NCBI GenBank assembly: GCA_963677495.2
Contig: CAXXOU010000004.1
Coordinates: 128,001 to 192,000, forward strand
Direction: 5' to 3'
DNA length: 64,000 nucleotides
Source: Candidatus Cloacimonadales bacterium
GTDB taxonomy: Bacteria > Cloacimonadota > Cloacimonadia > Cloacimonadales > JAFGVF01
Part shown: positions 30,640 through 41,961 of the stretch, one piece after another
Numbering within the stretch: the stretch's first letter is position 1
Layout: every line of letters starts with the position of its first letter
Notes under the pieces: model-generated
Told to the model about the DNA's origin: nothing
Seen by the model: only the letters and a program-made list of their open reading frames with translations
Databases searched by the model: none
Position numbers and translations under genes: made by a program

Positions 30640-32027
30640 ATAAACCCTACAAACCGGGTGGGATAGCTGAGATGCTCGCTATCGCATTGCCAATGATTAT
30701 ATCGATGGCGTGCGATGGTGTAATGGTTTTTACTGATAGATTGTTCTTAGCAAGTTTAAGCCCGGTACATATGAATGCTGCGATGGGTGGTGGTGTTATG
30801 ATTGCCACCTTTACGCTATTCTTTACAGGTCTAACAGGATATTCCACTGCTTTAGTTGCTCAGTATCTTGGAGCAGGTATTAAAGAAAAATCTGCTAATG
30901 TTACATTCCAAGCTGTAATCATAGCACTGCTTTCTTTTCCTATCTTTGTACTAGTAAGACCACTTGCAGGCGTCTTCTTCCAATTGATGAAGATACCTCC
31001 TGAGCAGATTGGACTTCAGAATCAGTATTTCAATATTCTGATTCTTGGTTCCGGCTTTAGTATCTTGCGAAACAGTTTTAGTTGTTTCTTTTCCGGTATT
31101 GGTAAGACCAAGTATGTGATGATTTCAGCGATTGGAGCAATGATAGTGAATGTGTTTGCCAACTATTGCCTAATCTTTGGTAAGTTTGGTTTCCCTGCAT
31201 TAGGTATCAAAGGTGCAGCAATCGGAACTATCATAGGTAGTATATTCGGTATGATTCTACTTATGTTTGCTTACTTCTCACGCAAGAATAGGGAAGAGTT
31301 TGGTATCATTCAAGCATTAAAGTTCGATTGGCAGATGATGAAGAAACTACTTTACTATGGAACTCCACAAGGGCTTGAGAGCTTCCTTAACCTTTTAGCC
31401 TTCTCAAGTATGATATACATATTTTATGCGCAAGGTAATGTTGTTGCAACAGCTACGACTATCATGTTCAACTGGGATTATGTATCTTTCATACCGTTAA
31501 TAGGTGTAGAGATCGGTGTTACAAGCTTAGTAGGCAGATACATGGGAGCAGGGCAACCTGATATTGCGCATAAAGCAACTATGTCCGGGATCAAGACAGG
31601 CTTCCTTTACTCGGCTATCTGTTTCCTACTCTTTAATCTGATTCCGGAACCATTAGTAAGAATGTTTAAGCCTAATGAGACAGTGGAGATCTTTGAACAA
31701 GCTGTCCCAATTGCAGTAATGATGTTGAGAATTGCAACATTATATATTTTAGCCGAATCAGTAATGATTAGCTTTGTTGGTGCTCTAAGAGGAGCCGGTG
31801 ATACCTATTGGGCTATGAGAGCTTCTGTGATATTGCACTGGCTATTTGTACCGATTATCTGGGTATCGTTTAATGTCTTTAACTTCTCAGCTATTACAGG
31901 TTGGATTGCATTGGTGTCATTTATACTAATATTCTGTCTTGTCTTTGCCTGGAGATATTATAAAGGTAAATGGCGAACAATGAAGGTAATAGAGACTCCG
32001 GGAACTGACTTCCCTGAGTATTCATAA
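30636..32027 (+). CDS. MATE family efflux transporter
   Basis: 12 TM; DRLFLA, AQYLGAG, GKFGFPALGIKGAAIGT, GALRGAGDT. Confidence 0.93.
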   Translation: MNKPYKPGGIAEMLAIALPMIISMACDGVMVFTDRLFLASLSPVHMNAAMGGGVMIATFTLFFTGLTGYSTALVAQYLGAGIKEKSANVTFQAVIIALLSFPIFVLVRPLAGVFFQLMKIPPEQIGLQNQYFNILILGSGFSILRNSFSCFFSGIGKTKYVMISAIGAMIVNVFANYCLIFGKFGFPALGIKGAAIGTIIGSIFGMILLMFAYFSRKNREEFGIIQALKFDWQMMKKLLYYGTPQGLESFLNLLAFSSMIYIFYAQGNVVATATTIMFNWDYVSFIPLIGVEIGVTSLVGRYMGAGQPDIAHKATMSGIKTGFLYSAICFLLFNLIPEPLVRMFKPNETVEIFEQAVPIAVMMLRIATLYILAESVMISFVGALRGAGDTYWAMRASVILHWLFVPIIWVSFNVFNFSAITGWIALVSFILIFCLVFAWRYYKGKWRTMKVIETPGTDFPEYS

Positions 32028-32045
32028 ACTATGATTTTATCAAAT

Positions 32046-32071
32046 AAAAAAGCTCCCATAATCGGGAGCTT
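32046..32071. terminator. Terminator hairpin between convergent MATE and OTCase genes
   Basis: aagctccc-ataatc-gggagctt preceded by an A run. Confidence 0.7.
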
Positions 32072-32095
32072 AAATTTTATCTACTTAGCAGTAAA

Positions 32096-33097
32096 TTAGT
32101 CACCAAGTGTAGCAACCATTACAGCTTTGATAGTATGCATTCTGTTTTCAGCTTCGTCAAATACAACTGAGTTAGCACTTTCAAATACATCATCAGTAAC
32201 TTCACGACAGTCAAGACCACTATTCTCTTTAAGTTCACTAGCAAGAGTTGTAGTAAAATCGTGGAACGCAGGTAAACAGTGCATGAAGAGAGTATGTGAT
32301 TTGCCTGTAAGAGCCATCATCTCTGCATTAACCTGGTAAGGAGTTAAGAGATCAATTCTCTCTTTCCATACTTCTTTAGGTTCGCCCATTGAAACCCAAA
32401 CGTCAGTGTAGATAACATCAGTGTCTTTAACACCTGCTGCTACATCTTCAGTAATAGTGATTTTAGCACCTGTTTCTTTAGCGATTTCTTTACACTTAGC
32501 TACAAGAGTTTCTTCAGGGAAAAGTGACTTAGGAGTAACTATTCTGAAGTCCATTCCCAATTTAGCTGCACCAATCATAAGACCGTTAGCCATGTTGTTT
32601 CTGCCGTCACCGGCATATGTGAAGATAACATCTTCAAGTGGCTTTTTAAGGTGTTCTTGAATTGTAAGGAAATCAGCAAGAATCTGAGTTGGGTGATCTT
32701 CTGTTGTAAGACCATTCCAAACACAAACACCTGAATGCTCTGCAAGAGCTTCCACAACTTCCTGTCCATAACCACGGTATTCGATACCGTCATACATTCT
32801 ACCGAGAACACGAGCAGTGTCCGCGATTGACTCTTTATAACCGATCTGGCTTCCTGAAGGTCCAAGATATGTTACATGAGCTCCCTGGTCGTAAGCTGCA
32901 ACTTCAAAGGCACATCTTGTACGTGTAGAAGCTTTTTCAAAGATAAGGGCAATGTTCTTGCCTTTAAGACGTGGTTGTTCTGTTCCACTGTATTTTGCTT
33001 TCTTAAGATCTGCTGAAAGATCGAGTAAGAAATTAATCTCTTTTGGAGTAAAGTCCAGAAGAGTAAGAAAATGTCTGTTACGAAGGTTGAAACCCAT
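32096..33097 (-). CDS. argF: Ornithine carbamoyltransferase
   Basis: STRTRC, HPTQ, DVWVSMG, HCLPA, EAENR. Could be the catabolic ArcB type. Confidence 0.95.
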   Translation of the reverse strand: MGFNLRNRHFLTLLDFTPKEINFLLDLSADLKKAKYSGTEQPRLKGKNIALIFEKASTRTRCAFEVAAYDQGAHVTYLGPSGSQIGYKESIADTARVLGRMYDGIEYRGYGQEVVEALAEHSGVCVWNGLTTEDHPTQILADFLTIQEHLKKPLEDVIFTYAGDGRNNMANGLMIGAAKLGMDFRIVTPKSLFPEETLVAKCKEIAKETGAKITITEDVAAGVKDTDVIYTDVWVSMGEPKEVWKERIDLLTPYQVNAEMMALTGKSHTLFMHCLPAFHDFTTTLASELKENSGLDCREVTDDVFESANSVVFDEAENRMHTIKAVMVATLGD

Positions 33098-33240
33098 TTT
33101 ATATCTCCTTTGATTTTATTATTACCCAACTTTACAACTTAGGAAAGAGGGGCAAGAAAAATAATAATATTTAAGTTAATTTGTTGTTAGTTACTGAATT
33201 AATATGGGCTTAGATTCTGTCTGAGATACTATGAAATCCA

Positions 33241-35202
33241 TTAATTAATAAAGTTCCATTGCATAGTTGCCATATATGTTCTTGGAAGCAGGTTTCTTCT
33301 TAAAACCTCTTCTTCGTTGAGAACATTCTTCACATAGCCTCTGAGCTCAAAAATCTTAGTTATCTCAAAGCCGATATACCAATCTAGGACGAAGTACTGA
33401 GGATTATCACCTCTTTCACTTTGATATTCAGAGACGAAGAAACTGCTAAGTCCGGTTTTAAGTGCATTGTCATGCTCTAATTGCTTTCTGCAATCGAGAG
33501 TTGTTTTTGTCTGCAACTCAGGATAATAGTAGAGATTATCTATCTTCTTCTGGTAGATAGTGCTATTAGCTAGAACACAATCAAACTTGAGAAGTGACCA
33601 ACCTAAAGTAGCATTAAGCTTTGCATAAAGATCTTCTTCATTATACTCTTCTATAAATGCATCCTGACCAATCATATCCTGTTGGAAGTTGTAGGTTTCC
33701 TGCAAACCGGTGATTAATTCCAGTTTTAGGTTTGAGAACATTAGTTTAAGTCCGGCACCCCACTGTTGCTTTGTATAAGCTTCAGTGTAATCATCAAACG
33801 AGTCTTTATAGATTTCGTTCTCTTCACCTGAACCGGATTCTGACCTATCTCTATCTCTTTTGCTGTATTGTCCTCTAAGCTCAAGCCATTTAAAGATTGG
33901 AACATATAACTCATTCTGGTAACTGTACTGATCGGGATCAAGCTTGTATTGCAGGATTCTTTCAAATCTAAGAAACTTTCTTTTAACTGCAGATTTGAAT
34001 GTAATAATATGTTTTGAATCGGGATTATCTTGGTAAAGTTCTACTATGTCATAATTAGCATCACGCTGAACATACTCATAGTTAAGCTTCATATCTATTC
34101 TATCATTTTTGTACTTTCCACCTATAAGTACTTGGTCTGTTTTTGTCTTAAACTTAGCACCTTCATCTTCAAGCACCTCAAACTCTTCATCAACTATCTT
34201 CTGAGCTAGAACAAAGTATTTACTTTCGAATGATGTAGTATTTGTATATCCCTTCTGCCTGGTGACATCATAAGTACCTAATCCATAAACAGGCATAATA
34301 TTTAAGGAAGGAATCTCCTGATTTAACCTCTTGTATTTTACTGATACATCACCCCATTTAGTTCTATAGTTTGCTGTTACTCTATTGTTCCCACTGGTCT
34401 CGATAGCATTTCCCCAATAACCATATTCAAAATGCAGGTCAGCTCTTATAAGCAAGTTTTTAATACCAAGTGTGTTGTTCTTCATGAAACCAATCTCAGC
34501 GATATTATGGTCATTCTCTCCTAAACCGGAATAGATAGTTGTAAGGGCTGGTTGATATGGATAATATTCCATCTCTTGTATATAAAAATCTCCATGTCTG
34601 GATAGACGAGATCCACTAAACCCGGTCTTTAATCTATGAATTGGTGTGGCTACACTAGAAAGTGATGAGAAATTATCCTCAATTAAAGCAACCTCAGCTG
34701 TATGAGGTCCTGCAAAGTGTAGATTAGATGTGTAAACACCGGGATTAAGAAGACTTAATCCTGTATAGTAATCCTTAATCTTTTTGTTTGCGTAATCTAC
34801 GATTCCAGCTTTTGCTTCATTCAAACTGAAGCCTACCTTTCCTTTCTCTTTCTTAAGCTCTTCTTTTGAAAGAAGTTGCACATCAAAATACTCGTTCGAT
34901 TGAACCTGAACACTGTCCTGCATAGCCGGAACAAATTTCCAGGTCATCATCTCCTCTTTCCAATCTTCACGCTCAGCATAGTCTTTGTTCATAATGTTCA
35001 CATATGTGACAGTACTATCAGCTTCAATTGTGAAGATAACCTTTACCACAGAAGGTTCAGGGAAAACAAAAGCGTCTTCATCTACCACAATGTAGAGGTT
35101 CTTTGCCGGTCTTGCCGGAATGAATGAAGGTGTCTCTTGGGCAAAGACAAGAATGTATGATATTGTAATAAATAATGCAATCAGTGTTTTCTTTAAAGCC
35201 AT
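33241..35202 (-). CDS. Putative outer-membrane beta-barrel protein with an N-terminal TonB C-terminal-like domain
   Basis: Signal peptide; VKVIFTIEADSTV...WKFVPAMQD..V; amphipathic strands; ends in MQWNFIN. Confidence 0.65.
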   Translation of the reverse strand: MALKKTLIALFITISYILVFAQETPSFIPARPAKNLYIVVDEDAFVFPEPSVVKVIFTIEADSTVTYVNIMNKDYAEREDWKEEMMTWKFVPAMQDSVQVQSNEYFDVQLLSKEELKKEKGKVGFSLNEAKAGIVDYANKKIKDYYTGLSLLNPGVYTSNLHFAGPHTAEVALIEDNFSSLSSVATPIHRLKTGFSGSRLSRHGDFYIQEMEYYPYQPALTTIYSGLGENDHNIAEIGFMKNNTLGIKNLLIRADLHFEYGYWGNAIETSGNNRVTANYRTKWGDVSVKYKRLNQEIPSLNIMPVYGLGTYDVTRQKGYTNTTSFESKYFVLAQKIVDEEFEVLEDEGAKFKTKTDQVLIGGKYKNDRIDMKLNYEYVQRDANYDIVELYQDNPDSKHIITFKSAVKRKFLRFERILQYKLDPDQYSYQNELYVPIFKWLELRGQYSKRDRDRSESGSGEENEIYKDSFDDYTEAYTKQQWGAGLKLMFSNLKLELITGLQETYNFQQDMIGQDAFIEEYNEEDLYAKLNATLGWSLLKFDCVLANSTIYQKKIDNLYYYPELQTKTTLDCRKQLEHDNALKTGLSSFFVSEYQSERGDNPQYFVLDWYIGFEITKIFELRGYVKNVLNEEEVLRRNLLPRTYMATMQWNFIN

Positions 35203-36164
35203 CTATTTTCCTTATACCATTTTAAGGTGATTTCAATATTCTTTTTCAGGTTAGGATTAGGTTTGTAATCAAGCAAATCTCTTGCTTTTTCGATACTGCA
35301 TAACCAGTTATCACCTCTAAATTCCTTTACCTTTTGCATGTTTATCAGGACAGGTTTATTGGTAAAGAAAGAAATCATTTCTGAGATCATCGCAATAGGA
35401 TATAGTAGCAGCTCAGGCACATGAATCTTGAACATATACCCTTTCAAAACTTCTGAAAGAGTATCAACAAAATCCTCTTGGAAATAGGCTTTCCCATCAT
35501 TAGCAAAGAAGATTTCATTATAGGCTTTGGGATTGTCAATTGTAAGTAGAATAAACTTACATAGCTCTTCAACAGAAACAAAGTTTGCCAATTTCTTTTT
35601 CCCGATAACCAAGCCAAGATGAGATTTAACCATCTTGAAGTATTCTAGAAAGTCTTTATCCCCGGGACCATATACCGAAACAGGTCGGATAATCGTCCAT
35701 GGTTTTTTGCAATGAGCTTGTATGAACTCTTCAGCTTGGAGCTTTGTTTTACCATAGTAGGTGAGAGGAGAACAAGAATCACTCTCTTTTTTTAAGGAAC
35801 CTTTGGGAGCCATACCGGCAGCAGCTTGGGTGCTCAACTGTATAAATTGAACCTTCTTTTCACTCTTATTCGCTAATTCAACAAGAGTCTTTGTCAAACC
35901 TACATTCACTTTAGCATATTCAGCTTCCGTACGGGCTTTTGTCAGGGCGGCACAATGGATAAGAATATCTGCATTAGAAATGATAGATTCTAACTGCTCT
36001 AGATCCTGATAATCAATATTCTCAATCACAGACTTATCAGTAATCAAGTTAGCATTAGAACCGGTACGTACAAGTGCTTTCATACCAAAGCCCTTTTCTT
36101 CTAACATGTTTACCAGAAAACTGCCAACAAAACCATTTGCTCCGGTAACTACAATATGCTTCAT
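35193..36164 (-). CDS. NAD-dependent epimerase/dehydratase (extended SDR)
   Basis: TGANGFVG, YGKTK, RPVSVYGPGD. Confidence 0.92.
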   Translation of the reverse strand: MKHIVVTGANGFVGSFLVNMLEEKGFGMKALVRTGSNANLITDKSVIENIDYQDLEQLESIISNADILIHCAALTKARTEAEYAKVNVGLTKTLVELANKSEKKVQFIQLSTQAAAGMAPKGSLKKESDSCSPLTYYGKTKLQAEEFIQAHCKKPWTIIRPVSVYGPGDKDFLEYFKMVKSHLGLVIGKKKLANFVSVEELCKFILLTIDNPKAYNEIFFANDGKAYFQEDFVDTLSEVLKGYMFKIHVPELLLYPIAMISEMISFFTNKPVLINMQKVKEFRGDNWLCSIEKARDLLDYKPNPNLKKNIEITLKWYKENRWL

Positions 36165-36523
36165 AAAGTGTCCTTATTCATAATTTAATCTAAACAAATA
36201 TCTCTGTGTCTTATTGTCAATTTTTAAGATACAATTGTAATGACTTACAATTATGGAGTGCACCATCTGTGTTGGTGCGTCTTGTCACGATTTCGATTAT
36301 TGCCACTTTTCGCTATTCGCCCATCTCCCTTTGGTCGCTATTGCGACAGCTTTAGAAAAACATACTGCATTTCAGGGAGTTTGTCGGCCTGACAAGGCAA
36401 CGGACTTCCTAAAATGCACCCCGTGAAGTAGCAATCCTGTTGTCTTATCTCGCGTGTCCATAGGAGCCTGTGATTACGACGCCAAGCGAACTATAGAATA
36501 ATCTTTATTCAGTGGTAAGATAT

Positions 36524-36749
36524 CGCATTTCCCCGAACTCCCGTTGGTCGTAATGGTGACTGCTACAGAATTTCATACACAGTGCCTTTTCCAATAACTT
36601 AGCTACATTTTCTGCCCTTTTTACTCTCTTTTATTGCACTTTTCACCAACGCACTGTGTACGCACTGTGACCCCACTGTGAAGGCACTGTTAACCCACTG
36701 TTTCACTGGGTGCACAGTGCGTGCACAGTGGGAAAACAGTGGGATGACT
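36524..36749 (-). repeat. Dispersed repeat A, copy 2
   Basis: Reverse complement of 6089-6314 with substitutions. Confidence 0.9.
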
Positions 36750-37043
36750 CCGATTTGTTAAAGAGTTTAATGAAAGTTTGCGATATCGAAAAAGAAACGA
36801 GATAGATGTATCTAGCAAGTTGACTTATAAAGAAGTGAATTGCTATTGCTACGATGCAAGTTCAGGTTACTCAATGGCTCTAAATCTTTAACAAAGAGTT
36901 CTTACGACATAAAATTCATTCCTTCGTGTTATAACCATTCAGAAGGTCTATCGACCATTACGAAGGTTTCCTGCTAATAAATATTATTGACATACGATTC
37001 AGAATAATAATTCTACTCAATAGAGATAATTTTGGAGAATAAA

Positions 37044-37787
37044 ATGGCAAAAAATAAACATTGGGATAATTTTAAATCCCTATTATTCATGATATGGGTA
37101 CTATGGATACCTATGATTTTTACACTACCATTTCTTGCGATAGGCCTGCTTTTAAAAGGGTTACAGCTCAATAAGATTGGTAATAGGTTCATCTATCATT
37201 GCGTGAGTTTGTGGTCGAATTATATATATCGAACTGCTGGTGGGAAGTTGGAAGTAGAAGGCTCAGAAAATGTTCCTATGAATGAAAGTATCTGCTTTAT
37301 TGCTAATCATCAGGGATTGTTCGATATTCTCATACTTTTAGCAGCTCTACCTATTAGAGTTGGATTTGTTGCTAAGAAAAGCCTAATGAAGTTGCCATTT
37401 TTCGCGCAATGGATGATTGCAATCGGTTGTGTATTCATTGACAGAAAGAATCTTAAGAATGCCAGGAAATCAATCAATAAAGGTATCGAAAGTATAAAAC
37501 GTGGTAATTCACTTATCATTTTCCCAGAGGGTACAAGGAGTAGAGGCCCTGAACTAGGAGAATTCAGGAAAGGAAGTTTGAAGTTAGCCTTGAAGTCAGA
37601 TGCAACTATTATACCTGTGAGTATAAATGGAACTTACAAATTGTATGAAGAGACAAATTGTATTCATGGGGGAGAGATGAAGATTGTTATCCATGAGCCT
37701 ATCAGACCTGCTGATATAACACCTGAACGTTCTCCCGGTTTGATGGATGAGATTAGAGCAACTGTTGCTTCCGGTCTGAGCAAGTAA
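37044..37787 (+). CDS. plsC: 1-acyl-sn-glycerol-3-phosphate acyltransferase
   Basis: NHQGLFD, FIDR, FPEGTRS, IIPVSI. Confidence 0.92.
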   Translation: MAKNKHWDNFKSLLFMIWVLWIPMIFTLPFLAIGLLLKGLQLNKIGNRFIYHCVSLWSNYIYRTAGGKLEVEGSENVPMNESICFIANHQGLFDILILLAALPIRVGFVAKKSLMKLPFFAQWMIAIGCVFIDRKNLKNARKSINKGIESIKRGNSLIIFPEGTRSRGPELGEFRKGSLKLALKSDATIIPVSINGTYKLYEETNCIHGGEMKIVIHEPIRPADITPERSPGLMDEIRATVASGLSK

Positions 37788-37922
37788 ACATCTAATTCTG
37801 TCATAACTAGTATTTATTTAAGCTAATTCATAAATTCTACATACTACATGTGGATGAGACTTGTAGTCGAGATAATTTCTTGACTAAAAGTGTAACGCAA
37901 ATTCTGTTCAAGTATTACCTTA

Positions 37923-38693
37923 ATGGAGGCTTTAATGCAAGCAAACGGATTTATTTCTCCAAAAGCAAAGATTGGGGAAAACGTAAAGATAGGATATAAC
38001 GTTGTTATAGAGGACAATGTGGTTGTAGGAGATAATTGTTTAATAGAACATAATGTAGTTATATATAGTGATAGTGTAATTGGTGAAGGTGTAAGGATTG
38101 ATGCAAATACAGTTATTGGAAAGCGACCTTTAAGCTCACCAAGAAGTATTTTTAAAGTTGCTGATAACATGGAACCGACCAGAATTGGAAAGCTTTGCCA
38201 GATAGGTGCAAATGTTGTTGTATACTGTCAGGCGACAGTTGGAGATAATAATCTTATCGCTGACTTGGCGACTATACGGGAAAATGTTAAGATTGGGAAT
38301 CTGAATATAGTTGGTAGAAATGTGACAATTGAGAACTTTGTTGAGATAGGTGACAGAAACAAGTTTGAAACTAATGCTTATATAACAGCATATTCAAAAG
38401 TGGAAGATTACTGTTTTGTTGCACCTTGCGTAGCAACTAGTAATGATAATTATATGGCTCGAGATAAAGAACGTTATGACCATTTTAAAGGTGTAACAAT
38501 AGAACGTGGTGGAAGAATCGGTGTTAATGCAACAATCTTGCCCGGAAAGGTAATTGGTAGTGATAGTCAGATTGCTGCTGGAGCACTTGTAACAAAAGAT
38601 ACTACACCGGGTAAACTATACTTAGGTTATCCTGCCAGAGATAAGCGGGATGTTTCAGAGGGACAACGTCTGGAGAATAATCTGGATAAGTAG
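37923..38693 (+). CDS. Hexapeptide-repeat N-acetyl/acyltransferase
   Basis: Extensive left-handed beta-helix repeats; IGVNATILPG..IG, GYPAR. Confidence 0.88.
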   Translation: MEALMQANGFISPKAKIGENVKIGYNVVIEDNVVVGDNCLIEHNVVIYSDSVIGEGVRIDANTVIGKRPLSSPRSIFKVADNMEPTRIGKLCQIGANVVVYCQATVGDNNLIADLATIRENVKIGNLNIVGRNVTIENFVEIGDRNKFETNAYITAYSKVEDYCFVAPCVATSNDNYMARDKERYDHFKGVTIERGGRIGVNATILPGKVIGSDSQIAAGALVTKDTTPGKLYLGYPARDKRDVSEGQRLENNLDK

Positions 38694-38712
38694 TGTCCCC
38701 GAAGGGAGAGAT

Positions 38713-39420
38713 ATGAGTGCCTTAGTAATAATACCAACATACAACGAGATAGAGAATGCACCTAGGATTATAGACTATGTACTTAATCTTAGTGATGAAT
38801 TGCATATTCTGATAGTGGATGATAATTCACCGGACGGTACAGGCAAGCATGTAGAAGAGATGTTACCTGACAACCCGAGGTTGCACTTAATGCAACGTAA
38901 AGGGAAACAGGGATTAGGTACAGCTTACATAGCAGGATTCAAGTATGCTCTAGAGCATGACTATGAGTTTATCATTGAGATGGATGCAGACTTCTCACAT
39001 AATCCTGATGATATACTTAGAATGCTTGAAGAAATTGAACATAAAGACCTGATTATCGGCTCTCGTTACTGTCAGGGCATTAATGTTATTAATTGGCCTT
39101 TTAAAAGGCTTTTATTAAGCTATTTTGCTTCTTGGTACGTAAGAACTATTACCGGTATGCCTTTTAAAGATCCAACAGCAGGATTCAAGTGTTATAGACG
39201 AGAGGTATTGGAGAGTATAGATTTTGACTCGATTATCTCTGATGGTTATTCTTTCCAGATTGAGATGAAATATAGAGCTTGGCAAAAGAAGTTCCGAATA
39301 AAAGAGATGCCTATAGTCTTTACCGAAAGACGGGACGGCCAGTCTAAGATGTCTTCAGAAATTGTTTATGAAGCAATCTGGAATGTATGGAAAATAAGAT
39401 TTATGCCGCAAAAGGATTAA
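38713..39420 (+). CDS. Polyprenol monophosphomannose synthase (GT2, Dpm1/Ppm1-like)
   Basis: IIPTYNE, VDDNSPDGT, GLGTAY, MDADFSH, GSRY, GYSFQIE. Confidence 0.93.
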   Translation: MSALVIIPTYNEIENAPRIIDYVLNLSDELHILIVDDNSPDGTGKHVEEMLPDNPRLHLMQRKGKQGLGTAYIAGFKYALEHDYEFIIEMDADFSHNPDDILRMLEEIEHKDLIIGSRYCQGINVINWPFKRLLLSYFASWYVRTITGMPFKDPTAGFKCYRREVLESIDFDSIISDGYSFQIEMKYRAWQKKFRIKEMPIVFTERRDGQSKMSSEIVYEAIWNVWKIRFMPQKD

Positions 39421-40746
39421 ATGAAATCAATTAGTAAACTAAAGATAGTGAAACCGGTTTTTGGTGGATATGGTCTTGGATTTTGGGAGGGGCAAAGTGT
39501 TTTTGTCCCTTCTGCACTTCCTGGAGATGTTATCGATGTACGAGTTAAATACACAAAGAAGAAATCAATATTTGCTGAGATTGAAAAGTATCATGAACAT
39601 TCAAAAGACTATGTCCAACCGGAATGTTCATCTTTCCCTAACTGTGGGGGTTGCAATTGGGCCAATTTAGCCTATAACACTCAGATAGATTATAAGACCA
39701 CAATAATTAGAGAACTTTTTAGGGATATAGATTTCACAGTTGAGAGTGTAACACCCTCACCGGTTGAAAAATGCTATCGTAATAAAAGCTTTATGCCGGT
39801 GGGTGGGACTACTTCTGCGCCTTTGATTGGGATGTTTGAAGGACAGACGCATAATGTTATTGAGCATGAAGAATGCTTGCTACACCCTAATATTTACAAT
39901 GAAGTAGTAGATGTTGTGAAAAGGTATATTGTATCTGCAAAAGTAAAGATTTACGATGAAGAAAAACAGATGGGGCAGATACGCCATGTTGGTGTCAGAT
40001 ACTCAAAACAAACTGATGAGATGTTAGTTGTTCTAGTTACTAAGTCTGGCAAACTACCTTTTACTAAGCAATTAGTTAGTTTACTCACAGAGAAGTTTCC
40101 TCAGATTAAGGGTATTATACAGAACATCAATAGTAGTATCGGTAACAAGATTTTAGGAAATAAGGACAAGATACTTTTTGGTGTCCCTTTCTTGAAGGAA
40201 AGATTATTGAACAAGCTGTTCCGAGTTAACTATAAATCATTCTTCCAGGTGAACACAAAACAGGCAGAGCAGATGTTGCAGTTTGTAGCAGAATACCTTA
40301 CAAAAAACTCTATAATTATTGATGCTTACTGTGGAACAGGTAGTATAGGAATTGCATTGAGTGATTATTGCTCTAGAGTTATCGGTATTGAAACAGTAGC
40401 TGAGGCAGTTGAAGATGCTCGTAACAATGCGAAGTTAAACAATCTTACTAATTGCGATTATTATTGTGGTGAAGTGGAAGCTATTTTACCTGAGCTTTTG
40501 AAGAAAGTAACACCTGATACAATTATATTTGATCCTCCGAGAAAAGGTATGACTTCATCAATAATTGAAGCTACAAGTAATCTAGGGATTAGAAGAGTGA
40601 TATATGTTAGTTGTAATCCATCAACCCAACACCGTGATTTAAAGCAGTTCATTACTAATGGCTATAGAATTTTAGCAATTCAACCATTCGACATGTTCCC
40701 GTATACTTGGCATATCGAAAACATAGTAATTTTGGAGAAACAATGA
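39421..40746 (+). CDS. rlmD: 23S rRNA (uracil-C5)-methyltransferase RlmD
   Basis: TRAM domain, C..F..CGGC, SFFQVN, DAYCGTG, DPPRKG, YVSCNP, DMFP. Confidence 0.93.
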   Translation: MKSISKLKIVKPVFGGYGLGFWEGQSVFVPSALPGDVIDVRVKYTKKKSIFAEIEKYHEHSKDYVQPECSSFPNCGGCNWANLAYNTQIDYKTTIIRELFRDIDFTVESVTPSPVEKCYRNKSFMPVGGTTSAPLIGMFEGQTHNVIEHEECLLHPNIYNEVVDVVKRYIVSAKVKIYDEEKQMGQIRHVGVRYSKQTDEMLVVLVTKSGKLPFTKQLVSLLTEKFPQIKGIIQNINSSIGNKILGNKDKILFGVPFLKERLLNKLFRVNYKSFFQVNTKQAEQMLQFVAEYLTKNSIIIDAYCGTGSIGIALSDYCSRVIGIETVAEAVEDARNNAKLNNLTNCDYYCGEVEAILPELLKKVTPDTIIFDPPRKGMTSSIIEATSNLGIRRVIYVSCNPSTQHRDLKQFITNGYRILAIQPFDMFPYTWHIENIVILEKQ

Positions 40747-41168
40747 AGTATTCTATCCTCTTGTTATTAGCCCTTCTTATTTCAGCATGTGGATTAACAG
40801 ACCCGGATGATGCTGACAACTATAACATAAAAGAGTTCTATGATGAGATAGAACATGACTTCTTACTGTATGATTTAGATGACATCTATGACAAATACTC
40901 TGATGATTTTATACATAATGGAAGAACTATTTGGACAGAAGAAAACTGGTGGCGTGATAAACGAGAAACCTATTCACAACTTAAATTTGAACAGCTGGAT
41001 ATAACAACAGTTGGAGATAATTTTGCTGAAGTAAGTTTTATAATTGAGTTCTCCGGTGATAGTGATTTAATTTATCAAGAGCCTTTGACCTTTGGTAATC
41101 TGTCCTACCTTCATAAGGAAGGAGGACAGTGGCGTATTTATGGAAATGGTAACAATAAATCTAAATAA
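40743..41168 (+). CDS. Lipoprotein, possible NTF2/SnoaL-like fold
   Basis: Lipobox [22 protein letters not shown]. Confidence 0.75.
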   Translation: MKYSILLLLALLISACGLTDPDDADNYNIKEFYDEIEHDFLLYDLDDIYDKYSDDFIHNGRTIWTEENWWRDKRETYSQLKFEQLDITTVGDNFAEVSFIIEFSGDSDLIYQEPLTFGNLSYLHKEGGQWRIYGNGNNKSK

Positions 41169-41961
41169 ATAGAAGCAAGCTTAAAGCCATCAGCATCATG
41201 CCGGTAACCATACCCCAGATGCTAAGATGATGCTCGCCATATTCCTCTGCAGTAGGTAATAACTGATCAAGTGAGATATAAACCATAATACCTGCTACTG
41301 ACGCAAAGATAACTCCAAATGTTGTGTCATTGAAAATAGTCCTAAGCAGGAAATATCCTAGAATTGCTCCAACAGGTTCTGATAATCCGGATAAGAATGA
41401 GTAGAGAAAAGCTTTCTTCTTAGAACCGGTTGCATAGAAGATAGGAACAGAAACAGCAATACCTTCAGGTATATTATGAATAGCAATCGCTATTGCAATG
41501 CTAATACCTAGTGTTGGATCTTTCATTGCTGAAGCAAATGTAGCAAGTCCTTCCGGAAAGTTATGAATAGTGATAGCTAATGCAGAGAGTACTCCCATTC
41601 TCATTAAACCTTTTTTGTCAGGATTATTTGAGAGGTTATCATCTAACTTCCTAACTTCATGTGGATTTTCATATGATGGTACGAGTTTATCTATCAACGC
41701 AATGAAAAACATTCCTGCAAAGAATCCAATTACTGTATACCAGGTTCCAGCTCTTACCCCATACACCGGTATTAGTGCATCTTTTGCCTTAACGAGAATT
41801 TCAACAAATGAGACATATATCATCACACCTGCAGAGAATCCTAATGATATTGATAAGAATTTCGCATCTGTCTTTTTAGACAAAAAAGCAAATAAACTAC
41901 CAATTCCGGTACTTAATCCTGCAAATAGAGTCAGTCCTAATGCAAATGCTACGTTATTCAT
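41161..41961 (-). CDS. zupT: ZIP family zinc transporter
   Basis: [23 protein letters not shown]. Confidence 0.95.
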   Translation of the reverse strand: MNNVAFALGLTLFAGLSTGIGSLFAFLSKKTDAKFLSISLGFSAGVMIYVSFVEILVKAKDALIPVYGVRAGTWYTVIGFFAGMFFIALIDKLVPSYENPHEVRKLDDNLSNNPDKKGLMRMGVLSALAITIHNFPEGLATFASAMKDPTLGISIAIAIAIHNIPEGIAVSVPIFYATGSKKKAFLYSFLSGLSEPVGAILGYFLLRTIFNDTTFGVIFASVAGIMVYISLDQLLPTAEEYGEHHLSIWGMVTGMMLMALSLLLFI

